Assembly (NCBI GenBank): GCA_951406725.2 | Contig: OX597820.1 | Coordinates: 78,492,001-78,556,000 of the forward strand | Source: Octopus vulgaris | Lineage: Eukaryota | Reading direction: 5' to 3' | Length of the DNA: 64,000 nucleotides | Shown: piece by piece, positions 15,373 to 28,420 of the stretch | Layout of the letters: every line of letters starts with the position of its first letter | Position numbering within the stretch: position 1 is the stretch's first letter | Translations under genes and position numbers: made by a program | The notes under the pieces: generated by a model | The model's database searches: none | The model's input: only the letters and a program-made list of their open reading frames with translations | What the model was told of the DNA's origin: nothing

Positions 15373-15840
15373 TTATGATAAAGGGAAGTATGAGTTATTC
15401 TGCATATTGAGGGTAATGTCTAAGAAGTTGGCTTTAGTTAATTCATCGTCAAAAACGATGCGCAAGCCCATTCTACTAAAAAACCTAACTAATCTGTTCT
15501 TAACCTTCTGAATTTTTTGGTTCGAAACGTTTTGGAGGTAAAGCAGACAATCGTCGCGATAAAGACCTCCACAGATGTCCGGGAATTGATCGGCCATTTC
15601 ATAAAGAATATAAATTCCGACTAAATCGGCTATCTGGGCGCTGTCTGTACTTCCCATTAGTACATCAAACGCATTAGGAGTATCTCTACGGACCCACAAC
15701 TTCCTATCGAACTGGATGAAAGATTTCCTAGCAGTAAATATCACACTAATTTCCTCCCTGGAGAAGCCTGCCTTATTGTGTGCGTGCCATAGGGCCTTAT
15801 TAAGTATAATAGGGTTGATTGAAGAATAGAAACTAGATAT
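15373..15840 (-). pseudogene. PLE reverse transcriptase fragment
   Basis: ORF-track 15373..15900; true homology starts near ISSFYSSI; YRDD catalytic motif. Confidence 0.85.
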
Positions 15841-15905
15841 ATAGTGTAGAACGTGCTTAGTATTTTTTGTTGTACACGTATGATGACGTCCTGTGCCCAC
15901 ATATG

Positions 15906-15978
<73 letters not shown>

Positions 15979-16080
15979 GTATAGATGTAAGTATGTACAT
16001 ATACGTATGTATATATGAATACATATATATTATTTATATTATTCTATGATTGAACGTCACGCATCATCTTCCAAGTAAGT

Positions 16081-16169
<89 letters not shown>

Positions 16170-16195
16170 AAACTTACTTGGAAGAGGATGCGTTC

Positions 16196-17172
16196 AAAAA
16201 AATGCGGAAGATCCAACTGTGGGATATGCGTCAAATTAATTGGGGGATCAGAGTTCTTCTGATCCCCCAATAACAAAAATACAAGCTTCAGAATTTTTCC
16301 CCTCTACCAATTCAGGGACGATACAACCTGGACCCAATGAATCAGTAAAGAAACTCTCTTTATTACAAACTCCTTTTTATTACAGACCCTCTTTATTACA
16401 GACCCCTTTTGAACGTGTCTACAACAAACAACATATCCACCTCGGCCTTAGAATAACACAAATACACATGCAAATATTAAAAATGATACACTCAAGAGAT
16501 TCCAAAGAATTCATTAAAAACACAGTCCCAATCACTGCAATAATCCACAACGTGCCAATTTTAATTCATTAAAACATTTAACACCTTACTACTTTTATAC
16601 TACCTACATTCATTCTTATTCTCCCACATCTTACTTCTTCTTCTTTGTCTTCTTCCTCCTCCTTCCGAACTTTACCACTATTACTGTTTAGAATAACACC
16701 TACACAAATTTTATAAACAAAACATTCAAAAGAGACGTTTCAGGAATTCAACAATTACTACTACCATTCACAGCGGGTCACTTAACCATTTTACCACCAT
16801 CTACATCGGGCAGTTGACCATTTAGCATACTATTGTCATAGTACTACCACATTCTTCTTCTTCTTCTTCTTCTTCTTCTTCTTCTTCTTCTTCTTCTTCT
16901 CCTCCTCCTCCTCCTCCTTCTTCTTCTTTTTCTTCCCTACCAAGAATTTACAACGACCTCGAACCCACAAGAGAGACAGAGACAGGCAGAAACAAGGAAA
17001 ATGCCACTTGTATTTCAACACTATGCAAATATTTTTTTTAAACTTTTCTTTTAATTTTTCCAAAATTTAATTGTTTTTCATACTTACAGTTGAAAAAGTT
17101 TCAATAACTGAAACCGGTACTGAAATGTTTTTTATAAAATTATTGTAGCATTTTCTATCTTGACTTTTCCCA
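16196..17172 (+). mobile_element. Internally deleted 3' fragment of a Neptune-type PLE related to 23506-27141
   Basis: KKCGRSNCGIC linker, ttcagaatttttcccctctaccaattcagggacgatacaacc and the 3' UTR align with 25923-27141. Confidence 0.8.
17087..17122 (+). ncRNA. Minimal type I hammerhead ribozyme motif (U3-A8 variant)
   Basis: cag TTGAAAA agtt-tcaat-aact GAAA ccgg TA ctg. Confidence 0.65.
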
Positions 17173-17288
17173 TATATATATATATATATATATATATACA
17201 GGTAGGCAGGCAGGCAGGCAGATAGACAAACAGACAGACAAACAGACAGATGGACAGACAGACAGACTGACAGATAGTTTGATAGATG

Positions 17289-17373
<85 letters not shown>

Positions 17374-17591
17374 ATGGATTCTAAGGCTCGTGTCCTGTTA
17401 TTGTACCAAGTATATTACAGAAAATGCTATCGCTATCAGCAACAGATTTTTCATTATCATCATCATCATCTACATCAAAAACTTGAATACAGTTATCATG
17501 TCGCGTACAACCCCGAATGGATCTTTCGTGATATTATGATGATTAAGATAGCGATGCGAATGATAATGATGTTGCATTTGAGGAAGCTGAA

Positions 17592-17678
17592 AAGAAGGAG
17601 GAGGAGGAGGAGAAGAAGAAGAAGAAGAAGAAGAAGAAGAAGAAGAAGAAGAAGAAGAAGAAGAAGAAGAAGAAGATG
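17592..17678 (+). repeat. (GGA)n/(GAA)n microsatellite
   Basis: Direct read; source of the poly-R and poly-L ORFs. Confidence 0.95.
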
Positions 17679-18842
17679 AAGGGTTGGAGGAGTAGGAGGG
17701 AGATGAGTGGGAGGAAGTGTAGGGCGGGGCTTAGGTGTAGTGAAATTATTGAAAAATGTTTTCAACGGGAAGTGCCGTTAATTTGGCTTTTGGTGATTGG
17801 CCATGCAATTAAACTGCTCCTCTGTAATTACTGTGAACTGAACAGTTGAATGCCACGTGAACCAATTAGCAAAATTGAATGAACTATTATTCTCTGCTGT
17901 AGTGAGGAGGAGAGAATATTGGAGAACCAAAGAAAGAATAGAAGACAGAGTGAAAAAGAGAGAGTGAAGGAGAGAAAGACAGACAGACAGACAGAGAGTG
18001 GGAGGGAGAGAGGAGAGATGATCTGACTTAGTTGCTATGGTGAAATCGTTGCCCTTTTTATGTTTATATTTTTCAAACTCTCGACTCATTTCACAATAAA
18101 ACTATCTTCCATTTTTTATTACCATTTTTATTATTATTTTTTTTGTTATCTTCGATACGATTATGATGAAGATCATAGTAATTATCATCAAAATATTTCC
18201 CACTTCACTCTACAATCAGTATCAACATTAACAACGTTTCCGGCACAAAATCCGTTTCCAGAAACGAGAAACAGTAACTTCGACGTCATTACCACAAGCA
18301 GTAGCAGTAGCAGTAGCAGTCGTTATCGTATCCAATCCTATTACCATGCTTATCACTATTGTTATTATGCAACCAACCAGCACCCTTGTGGCAAATAAAA
18401 GAATAGATTATTAATAGCATTTTTTTTTTATCATTGATCTAAAATGGTGATTGTGCCGTGATCCGACCATTTACTTCCCGATTTCAAATCTTGAGCAAAT
18501 TAAGGTTGACTTCCATTATATCCACTTAAATATATAAAAATATATAAAATAATATAATACCATATATAAATAAAATATATATTACACATGAACCAATACT
18601 GGTGACGATTAATCGGTCCCATCTCCAAAAATGCCTGTCCTCCTGCTCTTATTGCCTTTCATCCATTCGTAGTTGATTTAAAAAGTACCAGTGAAATACT
18701 GGGGTCGCTGTAATTGACTAGTCCTCTCCCAACAATTTCAGGCCATGTACCTATAGTAGACAGGATTATTATTATTATTGTTATTATTATTATCATTGTT
18801 TTTGTTGTTGTTGTCTTTGCACAGCTTCTAACGCTTCAGGGC

Positions 18843-18987
<145 letters not shown>

Positions 18988-19006
18988 GTCGTTATTGTCG
19001 TTATTG

Positions 19007-19180
19007 TGAGCTGGCAGAATCGTTAGCACGGTGGACAAAATGTTTACCACGATTTCATCTGTCTTTACGTTCTGAGTTCAAATTCAGCTGAGGTTGACTT
19101 TGCTTTTTATCCTTTAAGGTCGAAAGTAATCGACTTACCTCCTTCCCTGAAATTACAAGCGTTGTGCCAACATTTTAAAC
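19007..19180 (+). mobile_element. tRNA-derived SINE, family B
   Basis: gagctggcagaatcgttagc...ctgagttcaaattc head and gttgactttgctttttatcc core; related copies at 39198, 51300, 56735 and 57850. Confidence 0.7.
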
Positions 19181-19456
19181 CATCATTATTATTACTATTA
19201 TCATTATAATCATCATCATTGATGTCTATAAATCACTGAACCAATTTTTTTTTATTTATATTGAGCTACGTGTATTTATCCTCTGAATGCAATCCTATCG
19301 CGGTCATATTTATCTTTCTTCTTTTAAGGACCTTGAAAACGAAGTCCCGGTCAAGTACTGGAGTTCATTAAAAGGAATTACAGCCCCTACTTCAAAAACA
19401 TCTGAGGCGTATTGCCAATACTTCAATTTGTTTTTTGCTTTTTTGTTTTTTTATAT

Positions 19457-19850
19457 AGGTGCAAGAGTGGATGTGTGGTAAGTAGCTTTCTTACCAACCA
19501 CAGGGTTCCAGGTTCAGGTCCATTGCGTGGCACCTTGGGCAAGTGTCTTCTACTATAGCCTCGGGCCGACCAAAACCCTGAGAGTGGATTTGGTAGACTG
19601 ACACTAAAAGAAGCCCCTCGTATATGTGTGTGTGTGTGTGTGGGTGGGTGGGTGTGGTTGTGTGTCTGTGTTTGTCCCCCAACATCGCTTGGCAACCGAT
19701 GCTGGTGTGTTTACGTCCCCGTAACCTAGCGGTTCGGCAAAAGAGCCCGAGAGGATAAGTACTAGGCTTACAAAGAATAAATCCTGGGGTAGAGTCGACT
19801 AAAAGCGGTGCTCCAGCATGGCCGCACTCAAGTGACTGAAACAAGAAGAG
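19457..19850 (+). mobile_element. SINE family A, full length
   Basis: Head-to-tail match to the other copies. Confidence 0.85.
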
Positions 19851-20326
19851 AAAATTAATTTTTTGCAACTCCGTTGCTAATTTAAACTGATATTTTTGTA
19901 GTTATGCTAAAGCAACATCATTTGGTATTATTTATTTATTTACTGCTAATATCATCGTTAACATCATCATTATCGTCATCAGCATCATCATCGTCGTCAT
20001 CACTATCATCATCATCATCATCATCATTATCATCACCATCACAATGATCAATATTATTATTTTATCAGTTACCTCGTTCGTACATTTCCAGTTGGCTACA
20101 TTCAATCAAAAATATTTTGTTTTCAGTTTTTATCGAATATTTTTTCTTCCTGACTACAAATTCAAAGCAATGAAATAAAGCAATTAATGAATTATACTTA
20201 AATTTATTTCTTTGATTAATGAGCACCAAAGTACAGATGTACCTGTACACACACGGAGACCTACAGTCGCATCATACATGCACATACATATATACATACA
20301 TACATACATTTATACATGCATGAACG

Positions 20327-20379
<53 letters not shown>

Positions 20380-20392
20380 CTGTACTCATATA

Positions 20393-20455
<63 letters not shown>

Positions 20456-21922
20456 TAATGTAGAACATTAACGCATATGAGAATGGTTACTCAACACCGC
20501 ATTGGTGGATAAATATTCTTTGATTGTGTATTAACAAGGCTATCAATGGTTTCACGAAGGTAGGGATTTTTACAATTGATCAAGCGTACCACATGCGAAA
20601 GTTGGTACTCGACTTCATTTTGGATGAGAATAAATGAAATTGCAAGGGACTGTACACGATTTCGATATGAATAAATATGCAGATCACCGGAGGTAACTTA
20701 TAAAGAAATCTTATTTGGCGCGTCCTTTGCAATAGTCCTGGGTTTTCACACTGTTTTAGTTAATAAATTAATTCCTTATACAAATACATGTATACATACA
20801 TGCAAACATAGCGCAAAGGATATTGAAGGAACATTCCCATCAAATCTTCTGTCGAGTGCAAATGTAACAGACCGATATACTTCTTTAGGTTAGAGAAGAA
20901 AAGTCAAATTCAGTCACAGAGTTTATCAGACCTACACATGTGAACATCCCTACCAAAATCTACGAGAAAAAGCATTTCTATGAACATGAGCTTCGAAATC
21001 TGCGACACCATTACCGCGAGTATACATTTTTCTTTCATTCCGAAAATTATTGTTGCATTCGGTTACATTACTAAATATTTAAACCACAGTCTGGTGAAGC
21101 TAGAATCTTCAAGCAAAGTAAGGTACCGTTTAGTAAGGACTTTACAGATACAATCTGGAGCGTTCGAAATATACAAGTCTTTCTTAATGTTCGATATGTA
21201 ATAATTATTTTTATGATCTTCGAAACTTCAATGATGGTGTTGTTTCTTTGTTGTAAAGGAGGTCCTTCATTCTAAAAAGAATACTAATAAACAGAAATAA
21301 GATATGCATAATAGTGTAGTTGACAAAGCTGTTTGCCAGTCACATTTTTCAGGGTTCATTTCCCCTGCGCAGCCCGTTGCAGAGATACCTCCAATAACAA
21401 TCCAATCCAAACAATGCTTTGAATATTGTATAAACATTTCGTGCATATGTTTATGTATTTATGTATTTATTTATTTCGGTAGCTGTGTATTGATGAAGGA
21501 TTTATAATCTGGCTTTACTTTAACATACATTTATACATATATCAATAGTTTCGATTGCCCACATCCTATGCAGTGAACGTATCTCAATCTAGCTTCAGTT
21601 ATCGATTGTCAAAATCTCAATGGTCATAAATCTGTTCTGATTCTCTTATTTCTCTGTCGTTATACTTATAAATACAAATGTATTCAAGCGGTAAGTGGGT
21701 GCATTCATGCTTGGTTCTATGGATGTTATACCTTGTCGTCTTACATCCAGGATGCAGAAAATTTGCATAGCGGCAAATTTGAAATTCAATGCGAATTCAC
21801 TATTCTAGGCCCTTTCTGATACTTTGAAAAACAGAATTACTTGCATGTATAGGAAGATACATTAATACATAGAATCATGTAAATACGTATGTATTTGCAT
21901 TCTTTATCTCATTCTGTTTATA

Positions 21923-21962
<40 letters not shown>

Positions 21963-21966
<4 letters not shown>

Positions 21967-22375
21967 CATAGGATGTGTGGTAAGTAGCTTCCTTACAAAC
22001 CACATGGTTCCGGGTTCAGTCCGACTGCATGTCACCTTCGGTAAGTGTCTTCTACTGTAGCCTTGGACCCACCAGTGGATTTGGTAGACAGAAACTGAAA
22101 GAAGCCCGTCGTTTATATGTATATATATATATATAAATGTGTGTGTGTGTGTGTATGTGTGTATATGTTTGTGTGTCTGTGTTTGTCACCTCCCCGCCAA
22201 CATCACTTGACAACCGATGCTGGTCTGTTTACTTCCCCGTAACTTAGCGGTTCGGCAAAAGAAACCGTTAGAATAAGTACTAAGCCTACAAAGAATAAGT
22301 CCTGGGGTCGATTTGCGCCACTAAAGGCGGTGCTCCAGCATAGCCACAGTCAAATGACTGAAACAAGTAAAGGAG

Positions 22376-22377
<2 letters not shown>
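21963..22377 (+). mobile_element. SINE family A, full length
   Basis: Head-to-tail match. Confidence 0.85.
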
Positions 22378-22428
<51 letters not shown>

Positions 22429-22466
22429 GTATGTATGTATGTATGTATGTCTGTATGTATGTATAA

Positions 22467-22641
22467 AATGCATATCGTCATCGTCCTTTGGAGTATTTTA
22501 TTTAAAGTATAGTACATTCATATGGAATCGAGGACTTGAGTATAGATTGGGCAAATGGACGACAAAAACAAAAGTATGGCTCTATACATAAGAAGATCGC
22601 TTTGCAACTTACATGGCTTCGTAAACCGTAAATAGGAATAT
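22467..22641. repeat. Unclassified dispersed repeat, copy 1 (copy 2 at 28944-29116)
   Basis: About 175-bp near-identical direct match between the two loci. Confidence 0.8.
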
Positions 22642-22649
22642 AGGTATAG

Positions 22650-22718
<69 letters not shown>

Positions 22719-22743
22719 CATATACATATATATACATATATAC

Positions 22744-22803
<60 letters not shown>

Positions 22804-22956
22804 ATATATACATACACATACACGTATACATATATTTACACACACGTATGTATATGTGTGAGTGTATATGTATATGTATGTATATGTATGTATGTTTGTA
22901 TGTATGTATGTATGTATGTATGTATGTAGAAGGTAGAAGAGTAACACACGAGTTGA

Positions 22957-23220
22957 TATGTATAAGGAAAATAAGACAAGGTAGAAAATGCTAAAATAAA
23001 TTTATCTTGAAGTCCCTTTTAGTACCGGTTTTCCCCTTTTAGACTTTTTCAACCGAGAGTAAAAGTTTAAAAAATAAGAAAAACAATTAAATTGGAGCAA
23101 AAAATTAAGTGAAATCTTTTGTAAGATAATTATATACGTATGCCTTCTTTCCTCCAATCTAATTGTTTCTTTTTTCTATATTAGTCTTAGTTGAGAGAGT
23201 CTAAAAGACGGAAACCGATT
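22957..23220. mobile_element. Inverted pair of Neptune-type PLE 3' ends with degenerate HHR motifs
   Basis: 22957-23130 is the reverse complement of the PLE 3' end seen at 41690-41853; 23145-23220 is a forward partial copy. Confidence 0.7.
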
Positions 23221-23466
23221 ATATATATATGCACATTTGTAAATCGTAAAAATAACTGTCACTACTACTACATGAAACTAAAGATTGCATAGTTTATACA
23301 TGACAGTACTAGTTCAATCAGAATGGACATTTAGTATTCTATCATTTCGTTATATTATATTATATTATTATAAGATTGTAAATAAAATGTGAAAATTGAA
23401 GTTGGAATTTCTTTGAGTAATATATTCTTCCATACACAGAGTTATACACATCCGTGTGTATGCATG

Positions 23467-23509
<43 letters not shown>

Positions 23510-24262
23510 CTCCAAACTATGGAAAGAGGACTGTGAAAAAGAAGAACTAAAATCTCTCCAACGCTGGGAGAAAAGCGCCACTTGGTTCTCAGACTATGAA
23601 GCCGTCTTTCAAACAGAGCACGCCTCCAACAACCCTTTCCAGAAAATAAGAAAACCAAAACAACACCCAAACACCGATACACACCTGTCTAAAAATCGGA
23701 ACCTTCACTACTATCAAAAAAAGAATACAGGACCTAACCCCAACTCTGTAAGCAGCCAGCGATACAATATCAGGAATACCCCCACTTCAAGCAGAGAAAG
23801 GATAAATCAACACCCACAGCATAGACACTGCAACCTCATCCCCACCCAAAGGAGTTACCAACGAAATCTTCGTCCCATTAACCGGTTAAACAACCATGCA
23901 CAACAAACCCACACCACTTGCAATGATTACCAACGAAGGCCTCCTAGAACACCACACCCGAATATGGGATATCGGGATGCTCTCCTCAATACTGCTCCAA
24001 GAACACACACCACAAATCACAACAGGAGACCCCTAATCAACAAAGAACAACTATATACTAGCTACCGTCCCAACCACCGCATTCATTTTTTAGACCCAAT
24101 ACGCAAACACAGAGACACAAGATAGCACCAAACAAGCAGGAGGAACCAAAAGTAATAAAAATTATTAATCTAACTCACAAGGAACTAACAGCAAACCAAA
24201 TAAACATACTTTCCAAAGGACTCAAGTTTACACCCACCCCACAACACCCCAACTACAATGAA

Positions 24263-25924
24263 ATGAAAGAAGACATCGCAGAATTCTGCAGAAAATTAAG
24301 ACTTACTGAGGAGCTATACGATAAATACAACGAGGACGAATCGTTAGCCAGAAATAGGAGTAACTACACCCCCTCGAAAGGTAAGAATAAAACACTTGAT
24401 GATTTCTGTGACCACATATCAAATTACCCATATCAACATATGCACAAACAAAAACACAAACCAAACTTCAGCAAAAAAGAATGGGCTGAGTTGAACAAAT
24501 TAAAACTAGATAAAACAATAACAATCAAAGAGGCCGATAAAGGGAGTGCTGTTGTCTTAATGGATACGACATTTTACATAACTTTGGTACTTTCTATGCT
24601 GGAAGACACAACATACTATGAAAAGGCACAAAACTACAGTCAACAAAAAATAATGAGGGAACTAAAATCCATATTAAACCCATACAAAGCAGGGCTCACC
24701 GACAAAGAATATGATTATATGACCAATTTCACAAGTAAAACTAGCCAATTCTACGGTATACCTAAGATCCACAAAAGTGAAAAAATAAGCAACGCATGCA
24801 AGATAGCTACAGACAAAATAATTAAAGTCCCTAATCCTAATGACCTCAAATTGAGACCCATAATAGCAGGTCCCGCATGCGAAACCCACCGCCTCAGTAA
24901 CTTTTTAGACACCCTGTTAAAACCACTCCTCAAACATGTCAAAAGCTATATAAGGGACGACTTAGATATGCTCAATCACCTACCGAATACTATAAACAAA
25001 AACACCATACTGGTATCCTTCGATGTAGTCAACCTCTACTCCAATATCCCCCACAACCTAGGACTAGAGGCAATCCAATTCTGGCTAGAGAATCACGCCA
25101 ACGAACTACCACACCGCATCAAAAAAGAATTTGTGATAGAAGGGGTTAAATTCATCCTGGAAAATAACTTCTTCGCCTTCAATGACAACTTCTACCGACA
25201 AAAATCGGGGACTGCGATGGGTACACGAATGGCCCCCTCCTTTGCCAACCTAGTCATAGGATACCTAGAGATCAGTCTGTATCGTAAGGTTCTAGAAAGA
25301 TATGGCAGCCCTTTCTCCATCTACATAGAAAACAACTGGAAGAGATATCTAGATGACTGTTTCATCCTTTGGCATAAAAATATAGAAAAACTCATAGAAT
25401 TCCAGAAAATTTTAAACGGACTGGACGTAAACATCCAATTCACGATGGAATATAGCCAACAACAACTCCCCTTCCTCGATATCCTCATTAAGAAAGCTAA
25501 TAATATAATAGAAACAGACATATACTATAAGCCTACAGACTCTAAGCAATATCTTCCATTCAATTCATGCCACCCCAGACACACCAGGATGAATATCCCC
25601 TTCAATCTAGCAAAAAAGATATGCACTATAGTCTCTAACGCAAACACCAGAGACACACGACTACAAGATCTAAAAGATACCCTAATCACCAGGAACTATC
25701 CACCTTCACTTATTGACAAGTGCATTCAACGTGCCCTTCAACTTAACATCAAGGAACTGAGACATCCCAAATCAAAGAAAAACTTACAACCAAAAGCCTT
25801 ACCATACATCTCCACACACAACCCTCTCAATAACGAAGCCTTCGACACCATCCTCCACAACATACCCCTCCTAAAAAAAGACCACAGAATGAACACAATC
25901 CTCCAACACAGAAGCCGACAGTAA
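24263..25924 (+). CDS. PLE reverse transcriptase (frame is also open upstream to about 24125)
   Basis: 553-aa ORF with the complete set of PLE RT motifs. Confidence 0.92.
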   Translation: MKEDIAEFCRKLRLTEELYDKYNEDESLARNRSNYTPSKGKNKTLDDFCDHISNYPYQHMHKQKHKPNFSKKEWAELNKLKLDKTITIKEADKGSAVVLMDTTFYITLVLSMLEDTTYYEKAQNYSQQKIMRELKSILNPYKAGLTDKEYDYMTNFTSKTSQFYGIPKIHKSEKISNACKIATDKIIKVPNPNDLKLRPIIAGPACETHRLSNFLDTLLKPLLKHVKSYIRDDLDMLNHLPNTINKNTILVSFDVVNLYSNIPHNLGLEAIQFWLENHANELPHRIKKEFVIEGVKFILENNFFAFNDNFYRQKSGTAMGTRMAPSFANLVIGYLEISLYRKVLERYGSPFSIYIENNWKRYLDDCFILWHKNIEKLIEFQKILNGLDVNIQFTMEYSQQQLPFLDILIKKANNIIETDIYYKPTDSKQYLPFNSCHPRHTRMNIPFNLAKKICTIVSNANTRDTRLQDLKDTLITRNYPPSLIDKCIQRALQLNIKELRHPKSKKNLQPKALPYISTHNPLNNEAFDTILHNIPLLKKDHRMNTILQHRSRQ

Positions 25925-26337
25925 AAAAATGTGGAAGACCCAGTTGCGGGATATGCGACTATCTAATCGAGGGTTCTCAGTTCTCCTTCAAACAGGGACA
26001 ACGGTTTACAGTGAAAAGCAACTTCACATGTGCTTCGGAGAACCTAATATACTCACTAACCTGCTCCGGGTGTCAAGAGCAGTACATAGGCCAAACAAAA
26101 AATGGTTTGCGTAAACGAATGGCCCTGCACAGATCCCAGATAAAAATTCCCCAAAACAGAAAAATAGCTTTTAGCCAACACATAGATACTTGCGCCAACA
26201 AAAAAACACCAAACTTCAGAATTTTCCCCCTCTACCAATTTAGGGACGATACAACCTCGAGACAAAGAATAAGTAAAGAAAATCTCTTTATTACAAAATA
26301 CAAGCCACTTCTTAACGGGTCTACGACAAACAATTAA
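25923..26337 (+). CDS. Cys-rich linker plus GIY-YIG endonuclease, frameshifted from the RT by a probable deletion
   Basis: KKCGRPSCGIC...FTC..NLIYSLTCSGC.EQYIGQT...LRKRMALH...RISKENLFI...PLLN. Confidence 0.88.
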
Positions 26338-27049
26338 TATACCTCAACTTTAGAATAAAAGAAAAAAATATATATACACACACAAATACTACACTCCATA
26401 GAATCCATTACTAATCAGCCCCTTCATAGCTATATTTACACCCATTCATATTCTCCCTTCTCTGTTTTTTTCTTCTTCTTCTTCTTCATCATCATCGTTA
26501 TCATCATCATCGGCGTCATCATCATCGCCACCATCATCACCACCATCTTCTCCTTCTCCTCCTTCTTCTTCTTCTTCTTCTTCTTCATCATCATCGTTAT
26601 CATCATCATCGTCGTCATAATCATCACCACCATCACCATCATCTTCTCCTTCTCCTTCTCCTTCTTCTTCTTCTTCTTCTTCTTCTTCTTCTTCTTCTTC
26701 TCCACCCCCTACCCCTTAAGTTTGTCACTAATGTTTTTTAGTATAACACCTACGCTAATTCTATAAACAAGCCTGTCGATATAAATATTCTCCTGAATTG
26801 AACTGAGACTGCCAGCCGCCACTGACCATTCAAAATACGACCATCAGGGCACTCCCAGATTCTCCCACCCCTTTCCTCACCAGCCTTCCCTCTACTACCC
26901 TACCAAGAACTCACAACTACCTCGAACACACAAGTGCAAACAAGGGAGTCAGAGAAAGGCAGAATGCCACTTAAATCTGAACACTACTATAGAAATATTG
27001 TTTTAAAAAAACTTTTCTAATTTTTCTAAATTTAATTATTTAATCGTTA

Positions 27050-27087
27050 CAGTTGAAAAGGTCTCAAAATGACCGAAACCGGTACTG
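27050..27087 (+). ncRNA. Minimal type I hammerhead ribozyme motif (U3-A8 variant) in the PLE 3' end
   Basis: cag TTGAAAA ggtc-tcaaaat-gacc GAAA ccgg TA ctg; palindromic stem III (ACCGGT). Confidence 0.7.
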
Positions 27088-27136
27088 AAATGTTCACTAT
27101 AAAATTATTTTAGCATTTTCTATTTTTTACTTGTTT

Positions 27137-27203
<67 letters not shown>

Positions 27204-27219
27204 TCTGAGTGTGTGTGTA

Positions 27220-27263
<44 letters not shown>

Positions 27264-27713
27264 TTTGCAAACAATATTTCCAGGATTTTCAACTCCAAGT
27301 TGAACCGCACATCAATATAACAACAACGAGTGTAAACTGGATTGTGATAATAGAATAAGCAGATGTGCTTGAAGAAGGCACAGCTTGGATTTTTCCTTAC
27401 TTACATAATAGGTAAGAAAAATGTGTGTGTATGAGTGTATGTGTGTATTTATGTATGCGTGCGTTTGTGCGTGCGTGCGTGTATATCTCTGTGTGTGCGC
27501 GCGTGCACGTGTGTGTGTGTGTGTGTATAATTATATACGTATATGTTAAAAATACAAGTAAGAAAATGTTTTGAGAACATGGACAAAAGAAAGAAAATAT
27601 TTAGATTTTTAACAAAATATGCTACAGTTTTCAATCCTTTTTAAGGCGATTAATTCGTGCTGTAAGAGACCTGAAAATAAATTGAAATAATTTAAATGAA
27701 ATATATTTTCCAG

Positions 27714-27923
27714 TTACTCTTTTATTTGTTTCAGTCATTTGACTGCGGCCATGCTGAAGCACCACCTTTAGTCGAGCAAATCTACCCTAGGACTTTTTCG
27801 TTGGAAGCCTAGTACTTATTCTATCGGTTTCTTTTGTCGAACCGCTAAGTTACGGGGACGTAAATACACGAGCATCAGTTGTCAAGCGATGCTGTGGCGT
27901 CAAACACAGACACACAAGCATAT

Positions 27924-27965
<42 letters not shown>

Positions 27966-28127
27966 GACGGGCTTCTTTCAGTGTCCATCTACCAAATCCA
28001 CTGACAAGGCTTTCGTCGGCCCGAGGCTATAGTAGAAGACACTTACGCAAGATGCCACGCAGTGGGAATGAACCTGGAACCATGTGGTTGATAACCAAGC
28101 TACTTACCACACAGCCACTCCTACGCC
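27714..28127 (-). mobile_element. SINE family A, full length
   Basis: Head-to-tail match. Confidence 0.85.
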
Positions 28128-28420
28128 TATAAAACTAAGCCGCTGCGGGCAGTTCTACAAGTTAACGTTACAAAATTCTTATATAAAATTTTCATTGTGC
28201 TGGTCGTCGGTTTCCTAGAGATAGAGAGAAAAATCATTAGCGACACAAGTTTAAATATCATACTTCGAGACTGATATATCGGCACATGCGCTAACAAACC
28301 ACACACATACGTCTTCATACATGCACGCACATAAATACATGCACATTCTGAAAAATACTTTCTCATATAGATATATTCATATACTTGTATATGAATATAT
28401 CTGCAGTAACACATACATAA

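Larger units (their letters stand above)
13493..15840 (-). mobile_element. Penelope-like element, Naiad-type, 5' truncated and disrupted
   Basis: RT motifs FDVLMGSTDSAQIADLVG, GLYRDDC and NFLDITL; then WFVIPF...IISSHNTKLL and GIY-YIG SIY...FYIG...RISNH...LSKLVWRLKD; (TA)n on both sides. Confidence 0.85.
23506..27141 (+). mobile_element. Penelope-like element, Neptune-type, near complete, inserted in (TA)n
   Basis: IINL...SKGLKFTP, ADKG, GIPKIHK, LRPII, FDVVNLYSNI, GTAMGT, RYLDD and PFLD motifs; CGRPSCGIC Cys linker; GIY-YIG; 3' UTR with an HHR. Confidence 0.93.

Noticed and set aside
15841-15900. Apparent start MGTGRHH of the Naiad RT ORF
   Set aside because: The segment resembles an inverted repeat end, not RT sequence; the element is 5' truncated.
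17374-17765. Poly-Arg and poly-Leu ORFs, and the poly-Lys/Met ORF at 26436-26705
   Set aside because: Trinucleotide repeat translations; the latter lies in the PLE 3' UTR.
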